Positions 7,474-14,203 of a DNA stretch of 14,203 nt are shown one piece after another. This stretch comes from Thermovirgaceae bacterium (GTDB taxonomy: Bacteria; Synergistota; Synergistia; Synergistales; Thermovirgaceae): NCBI GenBank assembly GCA_046542505.1, contig JBKHBH010000051.1, positions 1 through 14,203 of the forward strand, written 5' to 3'. A program made the translations under genes and the position numbers. Below the pieces are notes generated by a model, which did no database searches, had not been told where the DNA came from, and saw only the letters and a program-made list of their open reading frames with translations. Numbering within the stretch: position 1 is the first letter of the stretch; each line of letters opens with the position of its first letter.

Positions 7474-8784
7474 ATGAGGGATGAAAAGAAACAGACAGTG
7501 GATGTGTCGAAGACATTGCGTTACAGGTGGGTCGTATGGGGAGTCATGGCCCTGGCCTACATGGTGGTCTTCTTTCACCGCCTCGCCGCAGGCGTTGTCA
7601 GGGGGGACCTTATCTCGGCCTTCGATCTTTCTTCGACGGCTTTTGGCCACCTGGCTTCCACATATTCTTATGCCTATCTGATCATGCAGATTCCGGTGGG
7701 GCTTCTCGCCGATTCTCTGGGTGCCAGGCTGACGGTGACTTTCGGGATGGCCCTGGCTGGGGCAGGATCGCTTCTTTTCGGATATGCCTCCACAGCTTTC
7801 TGGCTTTTTGCAGGACGCTTCGCCGTGGGGATCGGCGTCTCCACTGTGTTCGTCTGTATCCTGAAAGTCCTGTCACGATGGTATCGTGAAAACGAGTTCG
7901 CCACCATGTCAGGGCTGACCAATTCCATCGGGAATCTCGGGGGCTACATGGCCCAGACACCACTGGCCCTGATGGTGGCAGCCATCACATGGCGGCACAC
8001 TTTCGGAGCCATAGGAGTCTTGTCCTTTCTTCTGGCGGCATCCTGTTACGTTTTTATACGAAACAGGCCCGAGTCCATGGGGCTCCCTCCTCTCGAGACA
8101 CCATCGGAGCAGGAGGAACTGCCGACAGAAAACCTGTTGGGCGGCATCCTGGAAATTCTCCGGTATCCCCTCATGTGGCCGGGGCTCGTCTTCATCCCTC
8201 TGTTTATGGGCGCGGTGCTCGCTTTGACAGGTGCCTGGGGTGTGCCCTTTCTGATGGATGTTTACGGCATGGCTGCCCGGAAGGCATCGGGCATCGTTTC
8301 GGCGGCGGTGATCGGGGCGATTCTCGGCGGGCTCCTGCTGGGAAGGATTTCAGACCGTCTCGGGCGGCGGAAACCTCCAATGATCACTGCAGGGTTCATC
8401 TACGTCCTGTGCTGGGGGCTTTTGGTGCTTCTTACCTCCCGTCAGGTTCCGTCGAGCGTGCTGGTCGTCCTCTTTTTCAGTCTGGGGTTTTCGTCCATGT
8501 CATTCGTCATCTCCCTGGCAATCACCAAGGAAATCAATCATCCGGAAAAAACGGGCGTAGCCTTGTCGATCCAGAACATGACGACGTTCATGGGAATAGC
8601 GGTTTTCCCTCCGTTCATGGGAGCCGTCATCGACATATCGGCGAGGCTCCCCGAATGGATGGCCTACAGGCGTGCCTTTCTCATTTGCCTTGTCGCATCG
8701 GTCATCGGCCTTGGCCTGGCCTTTTGCATGAAAGAGACCCGGTGCCGCAACATCTACGCCGAACTCAGGCGACCGAAAAAGTGA
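7474..8784 (+). CDS. Major facilitator superfamily transporter
   Basis: About 12 hydrophobic segments; motif A copies GLLADSLGAR and GRISDRLGRRK; start moved to ATG 7474 (G-rich RBS) to avoid overlap with the divergent HAD gene. Confidence 0.92.
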   Translation: MRDEKKQTVDVSKTLRYRWVVWGVMALAYMVVFFHRLAAGVVRGDLISAFDLSSTAFGHLASTYSYAYLIMQIPVGLLADSLGARLTVTFGMALAGAGSLLFGYASTAFWLFAGRFAVGIGVSTVFVCILKVLSRWYRENEFATMSGLTNSIGNLGGYMAQTPLALMVAAITWRHTFGAIGVLSFLLAASCYVFIRNRPESMGLPPLETPSEQEELPTENLLGGILEILRYPLMWPGLVFIPLFMGAVLALTGAWGVPFLMDVYGMAARKASGIVSAAVIGAILGGLLLGRISDRLGRRKPPMITAGFIYVLCWGLLVLLTSRQVPSSVLVVLFFSLGFSSMSFVISLAITKEINHPEKTGVALSIQNMTTFMGIAVFPPFMGAVIDISARLPEWMAYRRAFLICLVASVIGLGLAFCMKETRCRNIYAELRRPKK

Positions 8785-8792
8785 CCGGTCCC

Positions 8793-9578
8793 CTACAGCG
8801 TTTCCTCTCTTTGGTACGTAAAGGTCCTTCCCTCAAAAGACTCGGGATCAAGGCGGCTTCTGATGGTGATCTTGTCCTCTTCCTGGATGATGCGGTCCAG
8901 CGTCAGGGGGAAGGGGAATTCTCCGAGATCGATGATGGGCTGGATCCTGGAAACAGCCCGATCTGCCAGTCCATCGGGGACATTGACCCTGTTGACTCTG
9001 ATCGTGTAGTCGTCGAGCCAGATTTCCCTGCCTCGACGAATGTCGAAGTGGCCATCTATTTCCAGAAGAATATCCAGCCTGAAGATAAACCGCGCCAGGT
9101 AGTATCCCCGGGCGTAGATCCCGCCGTTGCGGAAGTCCAGGGAAAGGTCGTGCCAGTGTTCGTCGTCGTCGCCGATCTGCTTGACCAAAAGCGCCTGGTT
9201 GACGTCCTCCTCGAGTATCCTGGCCACCGCCTTGACCGAAAGCATTTCCTCCACGTCGGGCCCCTCTTCGTCCCACGTTGAGGGGGGCGTGAAAATGACC
9301 TCGCAGGCGTCGATCTTCAGACGGTCAATGCGGACTTCGTCCATTACGCAGCCTTTCAGGTCGAGATAGATGCGACGCACCCGGCCGTTTTCGTCAGGGT
9401 CGCCGTCCAGGATCATTTCCGCCGACTCTGGTTTCAGGCCTGTGACAAAGGCGTCAAAGAGTATTTCTGCCGCATTGAATTTATCGTCGCTTGCTTGAGC
9501 GGAAAAGGCCGGGCCGGAAAAAACCGTTATGATAACGAAGAAAAAAGCCAGCCAGAATGAAATTCCCTTTGCGGACAT
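8793..9578 (-). CDS. Exported protein, DUF2993/LmeA-like (putative lipid-binding)
   Basis: Signal peptide MSAKGISFWLAFFFVIITVFSGPAFSAQA; ILEEDVNQAL and PIIDLGEFPFPLTLDRI segments typical of DUF2993 proteins (family recalled, not searched); GGGGG RBS before ATG 9578. Confidence 0.65.
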   Translation of the reverse strand: MSAKGISFWLAFFFVIITVFSGPAFSAQASDDKFNAAEILFDAFVTGLKPESAEMILDGDPDENGRVRRIYLDLKGCVMDEVRIDRLKIDACEVIFTPPSTWDEEGPDVEEMLSVKAVARILEEDVNQALLVKQIGDDDEHWHDLSLDFRNGGIYARGYYLARFIFRLDILLEIDGHFDIRRGREIWLDDYTIRVNRVNVPDGLADRAVSRIQPIIDLGEFPFPLTLDRIIQEEDKITIRSRLDPESFEGRTFTYQREETL

Positions 9579-9688
9579 GTCTATACCCCCGGATTCGTAA
9601 ATTGCCCCTGGATTCATGCCGCATTGATAATACCATCAATCTTATCTTGGAGAACCCGCAAACTTGTCCTGAGTGCTAGACTTTCCTC

Positions 9689-9883
9689 ATGAAGAACAAG
9701 AACTTCACGCTCGACACGAATTCCGAACTCCGAAAGCGGGCCGCACGACTGGCAGCCGAAGGAGAAACGTTTTGCGCGCGACGTGCCTGGTGTGACCTGG
9801 CGGAGGAGGCGGCTTCCCGCAGAGACTGGGTCCTGGCGGAATATGCCTATAAACGTGGATTGGGGTTACGGACGCTGTGGTGA
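9689..9883 (+). CDS. 64-aa helical hypothetical protein, probably leaderless and coupled to sfsA
   Basis: Fills the gap before sfsA; stop overlaps the sfsA GTG (GTGA at 9880-9883); extended -10 TGCTAGACT ends 6 nt before the ATG; no SD. Confidence 0.55.
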   Translation: MKNKNFTLDTNSELRKRAARLAAEGETFCARRAWCDLAEEAASRRDWVLAEYAYKRGLGLRTLW

Positions 9884-11055
9884 GAAAACTTTCCGGTTAC
9901 AGCCGGCCTCCTGCCCTGTACCGGGCAGCCCGAGGTGAGCTTGTCAGGGGCGATTTCCTCTTTCGGCCGAACCGTTTTGCAGTGATCTGCGAAACGCCCG
10001 GCGGGCCTATCCGGGCCTACCTACCGAACCCCGGCAGACTCCGGGAACTGCTCCTCCCGGGTGCTGTGCTCTTGCTGGAGAAGACCCAAAGAAAGGGAAA
10101 GCGGACCACTGAATATACCGCCGTTGCCGCTGAAACCGCCCGAGGCCCTGTCATGCTTCATACCCACAGGACGAACGACGCAGCGGAGCACCTGTTGCGG
10201 GAAGGCCTTGTCCCCGGGTGGGAGGACCTGTCCGTCCTCCGGCGCGAGGCGGCCTTTGGCGGAAGCCGTTTCGATTTTCTTCTGGATACGCCCGAAGGCC
10301 CTGTCCCTGCGGAGGTGAAATCCTGCACGCTCTTTGGAAAGAGAATGGCCATGTTTCCCGACGCGCCCTCCCTGCGGGCAACCCGGCATGTCCTTCACCT
10401 GGCGGAGATGAAAGGACCAGGCCTGAAACCCAAGGTCCTGTTTCTTGTCCAGTCGGGTTTGATGGAGTTCTTTCTTCCCGACTTTCACACCGACTTCGAG
10501 TTTTCCAGAACCCTTTTCAATTCCAGAAACGATATCGACATCAAGGCCGTCGGCGTCGAATGGAATGACGACCTCGAGATGCCTGCCAGGGCACGGGAAC
10601 TCGAGATCCCCTGGCAGATTTACGAAAAACACGGGATCGACGGCGGGTGCTATCTGCTCATCCTGAAGCTCGACGAAGAAATCCGAATCGGTGTTGGTGC
10701 CCTTGGGCAGATCGATTTCGCGTCCGGGTATTATTGCTACGTCGGGTCGGCAATAAGGAACCTGAAGGCCCGGATGTCGAGACATCTCCGGCGCCGGAAG
10801 AATTTCCACTGGCATGTCGACTACCTGAGAGAGCATTGCGATGTAGTGGTCTGCCTGCCGGTCAGATCGGCGGATCCTCTCGAGTGCGACCTTGCCGGTG
10901 CCGTAGGTGCCATCGCCGGGTCCTCCACGTCTTGCTTCGGCTCTTCCGATTGCACCTGTCCCTCGCACCTGTTTTACTTTTCAGCAAATCCATTGAATAA
11001 TCCGGGATTTATCGACATCCTTCTGGATTTCCGAATCGACAGACTTCTTGAATGA
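9877..11055 (+). CDS. sfsA: SfsA DNA/RNA nuclease-family protein fused to a C-terminal GIY-YIG (DUF123) domain
   Basis: RPNRF, LPNPGRLRELL, SRFDFLL, EVKSCTL, FPDAPSLRATRH are SfsA motifs; C-terminal GCYLLIL...GYYCYVGSA...RH...HWHVDYL...E...FGSSDCTCPSHL is DUF123/GIY-YIG. Start may be GTG 9880. Confidence 0.9.
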   Translation: MVRKLSGYSRPPALYRAARGELVRGDFLFRPNRFAVICETPGGPIRAYLPNPGRLRELLLPGAVLLLEKTQRKGKRTTEYTAVAAETARGPVMLHTHRTNDAAEHLLREGLVPGWEDLSVLRREAAFGGSRFDFLLDTPEGPVPAEVKSCTLFGKRMAMFPDAPSLRATRHVLHLAEMKGPGLKPKVLFLVQSGLMEFFLPDFHTDFEFSRTLFNSRNDIDIKAVGVEWNDDLEMPARARELEIPWQIYEKHGIDGGCYLLILKLDEEIRIGVGALGQIDFASGYYCYVGSAIRNLKARMSRHLRRRKNFHWHVDYLREHCDVVVCLPVRSADPLECDLAGAVGAIAGSSTSCFGSSDCTCPSHLFYFSANPLNNPGFIDILLDFRIDRLLE

Positions 11056-11083
11056 AGGCCGGTAGCGACCAAAAAGGGGGACC

Positions 11084-11119
11084 TTGACTCTTGTTGGTAA
11101 TGTGGTAATATAGCCACAT
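11084..11119 (+). promoter_or_regulatory. ars operon promoter with overlapping putative ArsR operator
   Basis: TTGACT (11084-11089) - 16 nt - TAATAT (11106-11111) with extended TG; inverted repeat ATGTGG-N8-CCACAT (11100-11119) straddles the -10. Confidence 0.72.
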
Positions 11120-11139
11120 ACGCAAAAAGGAGGGGCGGC

Positions 11140-11460
11140 ATGACGCTTACAGAAAAAAAGGTCAGGATTTTCAAGGCCATGGCTCACCCTGTCCGGCTTT
11201 CCATCGTTGAAAGACTCGCCGAAGGGGAACGTTGCGTCTGCGATATCGCGGAATGGTTCGATTGCGACAGGACGACCATCAGCAAACACCTTTCGATCCT
11301 GAAAAACACCGGCGTCATAATCGACCGCAAGGAAGGCCTCAACGTGCACTATTCGCTTCACGCCACATGCCTGATTCCCCTTCTTGAATGTCTGGAAGGT
11401 ACCTTGCGGGAAGATGTCCGGAAGGAATACGAAAGTTGCTGTGGCGTACAAGATCAATAG
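11140..11460 (+). CDS. arsR: ArsR/SmtB family metalloregulatory repressor
   Basis: AAGGAGG RBS; FKAMAHPVRLSI, ERCVCDI, TISKHLSILKNTG winged-helix motifs; C-terminal CC. Confidence 0.93.
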   Translation: MTLTEKKVRIFKAMAHPVRLSIVERLAEGERCVCDIAEWFDCDRTTISKHLSILKNTGVIIDRKEGLNVHYSLHATCLIPLLECLEGTLREDVRKEYESCCGVQDQ

Positions 11461-11485
11461 CCTCAGATACCGGGAGGGAAGGGTA

Positions 11486-11734
11486 ATGCATAAGATCCAG
11501 ATCCTGGGCACAGGGTGCCCGAAATGTAAAAAGCTTGCTGAAACAGCGGAAAATGCCGCCGAACAAGCCGGCATGGAATACGAGATCGTCAAGGTGACCG
11601 ACATCAACCAGATCATGGATTTTGGTGTCATCATGACGCCGGGACTGGCACTGGACGGGAAGGTCCTGTTCACCGGGAAGGTGCCTTCCGTTGACGAAGT
11701 TGTAAAACACCTGAAAAAGGCCGCGGGGAACTGA
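11486..11734 (+). CDS. Small redox-active disulfide protein (MTH895/TM0996-type thioredoxin family)
   Basis: ATG 11486 after GGAGGGAAGGG; KIQILGTGCPKC, GVIMTPGLALDGKV, GKVPS motifs; 82 aa; usual neighbour of DUF318 permeases. Confidence 0.92.
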   Translation: MHKIQILGTGCPKCKKLAETAENAAEQAGMEYEIVKVTDINQIMDFGVIMTPGLALDGKVLFTGKVPSVDEVVKHLKKAAGN

Positions 11735-11769
11735 GCGGACATATATTCCATGAAGGGAATTTGTGAACG

Positions 11770-12933
11770 GTGAGCGATAAAAGGAAGCTTTTCTGGCTTG
11801 CGGCGGCCTTTGTCCTGTTTTACTACATGCCAGCCGGAAACAACCGCGTCCAGTCAGGGGCCGTCGAGGCCGTGGCGATGATGCACGAATATGCCCGGGA
11901 ACATGTCCTGTTGTGCCTCGTGCCTGCATTCTTCATTGCAGGGGCAATAAGCGTTTTTGTGAGCGCCCAGTCGGTGATGAAATACCTGGGCGGACAGGCC
12001 CACAAGGTCGTTGCCTATTCGGTTGCCGCCGTATCGGGAACGGTGCTTGCCGTCTGCTCCTGCACGGTACTGCCCCTGTTTGCCGGAATTTACAAGCGGG
12101 GAGCAGGGCTCGGCCCGGCCACGGCCTTTCTGTACTCCGGTCCAGCCATTAATGTTCTGGCCATCATCCTGACGGCGCGGATTCTGGGCGTTCAGCTCGG
12201 GATCGCCAGGGCTGTGGGCGCCATCGTTTTCAGCGTTCTGATCGGGAGTGCCATGGCTTTTCTGTTCAACCGGGAAGAAGCCGAGCGGCAGGGAAACTTT
12301 GCAGGATCGGAAGATGACATTGATGAAAGACCCCTCTGGCAGACGGTGTGGCACATGGCCTCCATGGTGGTTTTTCTGGTCTTTGCCAACTGGGCGGCTC
12401 CGAAGGAACCCACCGGCTTGTGGTCGACTTTGTACGACATCAAGTGGTACCTGGCGGGAGCAGCATTTTTGAGCGTGGTCCTGTCGACCTTCAAATGGTT
12501 TAACAGCGAAGAGAGAATGTCCTGGTTTGAATCGACCAAAAGCTATGCCCTGCAGGTGATGCCCCTTCTGTTCGCAGGAGTTCTCGTGGCCGGGTTCCTG
12601 CTTGGTCGCCCAGGAGAAGAGGCGCTCATACCTTCGAGGTTCGTCGCCTCCCTTGTTGGGGGTAACGGACTCTTCGCCAATTTTTTTGCTTCCCTCGCGG
12701 GGGCCTTCATGTATTTCGCGACGTTGACGGAAGTGCCCATTCTGCAGGGGCTCATTGGATCCGGGATGGGGCAGGGACCTGCCCTCGCTCTTCTTCTGGC
12801 CGGGCCGGCCCTTTCATTGCCCAACATGCTGGTTATCCGCGGAGTTTTGGGGACGAAAAAAACACTGGCCTACGTGGGTCTCGTGGTGGCCATGTCCACT
12901 GCGGCGGGCCTGGTCTATGGAACCTTTGCGTGA
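11770..12933 (+). CDS. arsP: ArsP/DUF318 family permease
   Basis: Polytopic; AVCSCTVLP, FLYSGPAIN, FMYFATLTEVPI, LLLAGPALSLP motifs of DUF318 permeases; lies between arsR/trx and arsC. Confidence 0.85.
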   Translation: MSDKRKLFWLAAAFVLFYYMPAGNNRVQSGAVEAVAMMHEYAREHVLLCLVPAFFIAGAISVFVSAQSVMKYLGGQAHKVVAYSVAAVSGTVLAVCSCTVLPLFAGIYKRGAGLGPATAFLYSGPAINVLAIILTARILGVQLGIARAVGAIVFSVLIGSAMAFLFNREEAERQGNFAGSEDDIDERPLWQTVWHMASMVVFLVFANWAAPKEPTGLWSTLYDIKWYLAGAAFLSVVLSTFKWFNSEERMSWFESTKSYALQVMPLLFAGVLVAGFLLGRPGEEALIPSRFVASLVGGNGLFANFFASLAGAFMYFATLTEVPILQGLIGSGMGQGPALALLLAGPALSLPNMLVIRGVLGTKKTLAYVGLVVAMSTAAGLVYGTFA

Positions 12934-12956
12934 CAGGGGAAGGAAGGTCGAGGGAT

Positions 12957-13382
12957 ATGACTGAAAAAATACGGGTGCTGTTTCTGTGCACGGGAAACTC
13001 CTGCCGGAGCCAGATGGCTGAAGGATGGGCGAAGGCGCTCAAGGATGACGAAATCGATGCTTTTTCCGCGGGGACAAGGCCCGCGGGGATCAACCCGAAG
13101 GCGATCCAGGTCATGGCCGAGGCGGGGGTGGACATGGCGGGGCAACAGAGCACCCATGTGGAAGAATACCTCGACGGGCAATTCGACGTGGTCATCACTC
13201 TTTGCGGTGACGCGAGGGACACCTGCCCGGTGTTTCCGGGAGCCGTCAGGGTGATCCATCGAGGTTTCGACGACCCGGCCCGGGCTGAAGGCACAAAGGA
13301 AGAAATCCTGGAGGTTTTCAGGCGCGTGAGGGACGAGATCCGGGATTTTGTGTCCGCCATGCCTGGAAACCTGATGGAGTGA
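12957..13382 (+). CDS. arsC: Arsenate reductase ArsC, thioredoxin-coupled LMW-PTPase family
   Basis: LFLCTGNSCRSQMAEG P-loop; second and third cysteines in ITLCGDARDTCPVFPG; FDDPA; FRRVRDEI; ATG 12957 after GAGGG. Confidence 0.93.
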   Translation: MTEKIRVLFLCTGNSCRSQMAEGWAKALKDDEIDAFSAGTRPAGINPKAIQVMAEAGVDMAGQQSTHVEEYLDGQFDVVITLCGDARDTCPVFPGAVRVIHRGFDDPARAEGTKEEILEVFRRVRDEIRDFVSAMPGNLME

Positions 13383-13397
13383 TCAGGGGGAAAGATC

Positions 13398-13721
13398 ATG
13401 AGCACCGTCAGGGTGACCTCGAATTACTGGCTTGACCGGCTCAGACGAAAAAGCGATGGTTTCAGGATAGAAGTTCAAACGAACATCGTCGGCTGATGAA
13501 TGGCTTACAGGGGCCCGGCGGGCCTTCCCGAACCTCCAGGTGGCAAGGATATCGCGCAGTACGAGGTTTTTCACGTGGCCGGCGAAAGGCTGACATGCTG
13601 GATCCATAAGGAAGCGTTAAAGATATTCCGCGAACAGGGGCCGCTACCCGATGGGGCATATCTGTTTTTTGCGGAAGGAGCGGGACGACTGCGCCTTTTC
13701 TTTGAAGACGGGCTTCCATGA
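13398..13721 (+). CDS. Candidate 107-aa selenoprotein with tandem Sec-Sec (in-frame TGA TGA at 13494-13499); HesB/IscA-like vicinal Cys/Sec motif protein
   Basis: AGGGGG RBS 7 nt before ATG 13398; MSTVRVTSNYWLDRLRRKSDGFRIEVQTNIVG-TGA-TGA-MAYRGPAGLPEPP... is in frame with track ORF 13500..13721; ATG 13500 lacks an SD; SECIS-like hairpin at 13510-13526. Confidence 0.7.
13510..13526 (+). promoter_or_regulatory. Putative bacterial SECIS element
   Basis: GGGGCCC-GGC-GGGCCUU: 7-bp stem (two G-U), apical loop starting with G; stem begins after a 10-nt spacer behind the second UGA, and 17 and 20 nt separate the two UGAs from the loop. Confidence 0.55.
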
Positions 13722-13776
13722 AAAAGGAGAAACGCGGGGAAAAGAGTGTGAAGAAACGTGAAGGAGGAATGTACCT

Positions 13777-14103
13777 ATGGGGTTTTTGAAAAAATGGTAT
13801 CCCGAGTTTACGGACAGGCTGGATGAGATCGACTCGCTCAGGGAAGAAAAGGGGATCCTTGACGAAAAAACCTATCAATTCATCTGTCTTGCATTGGCCA
13901 TAAGAGGGCGATCGGCTCCCTGCCTCAGGAAGCATTTTCTCGGGGCTCTCGAAGCTGGAGCGACCATGGAGGAAGTGTCCCATGTGGTTGCCCTGACCAT
14001 GAGAGAGGCCGCGGGGAACGATGATTGCTGGATTCACGACGTTATCGGCGATGAAAGGGAACTGATGCGGCAGGCATCCTCAGACTGCTGCTGCAGCCGA
14101 TAG
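13777..14103 (+). CDS. Carboxymuconolactone decarboxylase / AhpD-like family protein with C-terminal CCC
   Basis: AAGGAGGA RBS; LDEKTYQFICLALAI...CLRKHFLGALEAGATMEEV is the CMD/AhpD core; ends SSDCCCSR. Confidence 0.88.
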   Translation: MGFLKKWYPEFTDRLDEIDSLREEKGILDEKTYQFICLALAIRGRSAPCLRKHFLGALEAGATMEEVSHVVALTMREAAGNDDCWIHDVIGDERELMRQASSDCCCSR

Positions 14104-14123
14104 GAACGAGCTCTTCGTATTTG

Positions 14124-14154
14124 AAAGCGCCCGCCTTCAGGCGGGCGCTTTTTT
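14124..14154 (+). terminator. Intrinsic terminator ending the ars operon
   Basis: AAAGCGCCCGCC-TTCA-GGCGGGCGCTTT perfect stem running into a T6 tract, 20 nt after the last stop codon. Confidence 0.92.
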
Positions 14155-14203
14155 GGTTTGCCCAGCGTGGAGAGTCCATCCGGCCTGCTGGAAGAAGCAG
14201 GTG

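Noticed and set aside
7989..9281. 430-aa plus-strand ORF
   Set aside because: Out-of-frame overlap with the MFS gene and antisense to the DUF2993-like gene; no motifs; typical high-GC shadow ORF.
11122..11135. GCAAAAAGGAGGGG is identical upstream of arsR and of the leader peptide (5538-5551, minus)
   Set aside because: Explained by a strong A-rich Shine-Dalgarno context; not evidence of a repeat element.
13380..13400. The arsC stop (TGA) is in frame with the UU gene, suggesting an ArsC fusion by read-through
   Set aside because: One-in-three chance; ArsC is already full length, the next gene has its own RBS, and only a weak 4-bp hairpin follows this UGA.
13500..13721. 73-aa ORF from the track as a stand-alone gene
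   Set aside because: No SD before ATG 13500, and it leaves an RBS-bearing in-frame upstream segment unexplained; treated as the C-terminal part of 13398-13721.

Overview
GC-rich bacterial chromosomal window; gene content suggests an anaerobe such as a Synergistota member (inference). The left part (minus strand) carries addB and the 5' part of addA, which runs off the left edge and is missing from the ORF track. Upstream is an unannotated, apparently complete Ile/Leu/Val ribosome-stalling attenuator (TTGACA-N17-TAAAAT promoter, 27-aa leader, antiterminator, terminator). It precedes a 53-aa orphan ORF rather than ilv genes. The middle holds a SHOCT membrane protein, a 6-phosphogluconolactonase-fold protein with an altered catalytic motif, a HAD hydrolase, an MFS transporter, a DUF2993-like exported protein, a probably leaderless 64-aa ORF and an SfsA/GIY-YIG (DUF123) fusion. 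The right part is an ArsR-controlled operon: arsR, small thioredoxin, ArsP-type permease, arsC, a hidden gene and a CMD/AhpD protein ending in CCC, followed by a terminator. Top finding: the hidden gene (13398-13721) is one frame broken only by adjacent in-frame TGA-TGA codons followed by a SECIS-like hairpin, i.e. a candidate tandem-selenocysteine (UU) protein in an arsenic-type operon.
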